From NCBI RefSeq assembly GCF_006345805.1, contig NC_043008.1, positions 25,420,001 through 25,484,000 on the forward strand: a stretch of 64,000 nt of DNA, written 5' to 3'. The stretch is from Octopus sinensis. Taxonomy: Eukaryota. Positions within the stretch are counted from its first letter, which is position 1. Each line of letters begins with the position of its first letter. The notes beneath the pieces are model-generated. The model had not been told where the DNA came from. It did not search any database and saw only the letters and a list, made by a program, of their open reading frames with translations. The translations under genes and the position numbers were made by a program. Positions 63,732 to 64,000 of this stretch are shown piece by piece.

Positions 63732-64000
63732 ACAGGTAAAGAAAATGATCGCACATGCACTAGGAGCTAGTATAAGAGTTACCCTAAAAGGCCACATGTT
63801 TAACTTTAACAATAAAATATATGCTCAAGACGAGGGGGCAGCCATCGGCGTTAGTATCGCCGGTGATGTGACCAACCTTTTCATGGTATGGTGGGACAGA
63901 AGGCTTAAAGAATGCCTAACACAGAACTCCATACTCGTGAACATGTACTCTCGCTATGTTGATGATATCAACATAGTGGTAAAGGCACCCCCACAAGAGA
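63730..64000 (+). CDS. Penelope-like element reverse transcriptase (open to window end)
   Basis: Stop-free 90 codons [12 protein letters not shown]...[35 protein letters not shown]...[12 protein letters not shown], matching the PLE RT pattern F.FN...Y.Q..G.A.G and RYVDD (YVDD at 63955-66). Absent from the ORF track. Confidence 0.88.
   Translation, partial: MQVKKMIAHALGASIRVTLKGHMFNFNNKIYAQDEGAAIGVSIAGDVTNLFMVWWDRRLKECLTQNSILVNMYSRYVDDINIVVKAPPQE

Noticed and set aside
62502-63812. Many long Tyr/Ile-rich ORFs in the track
   Set aside because: They are translations of (TA)n arrays; likewise the ORFs at 11820, 15919, 16414, 23101 and 33404 (TA, ATT and TG repeats).

Overview
Strongly AT-rich eukaryotic DNA, most likely an octopus. 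This is inferred from SINE families resembling those known from Octopus, RTE tails ending in (ATG)n, and long (TA)n/(CA)n arrays. The window is largely a nested transposon graveyard. It holds five mariner/Tc1 copies (one nested in another), RTE, CR1-like, CRE-like and R4/Dong-like LINE remnants, Helitrons, MITEs, three SINE families, a small LTR element and Penelope-like (PLE) fragments. No complete host gene, operon, CRISPR array or rRNA/tRNA gene is supportable; there are only a few candidate exons. Most notable features: (1) a hammerhead ribozyme with intact catalytic core at 63250-63330 (-), next to an open PLE reverse-transcriptase frame the ORF track missed; (2) a 219-bp perfect copy of nearby mariner DNA inside a Helitron 3' terminal hairpin; (3) a 75-bp perfect local copy next to a 21-bp perfect inverted repeat; (4) an LTR element with PBS and PPT whose 5' LTR is split by an L1/Tx1-like ORF1; (5) a candidate terminal exon with a CHAT-domain C-terminal motif. 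All alignments were done by eye, and boundaries marked approximate are +/- tens of bases.
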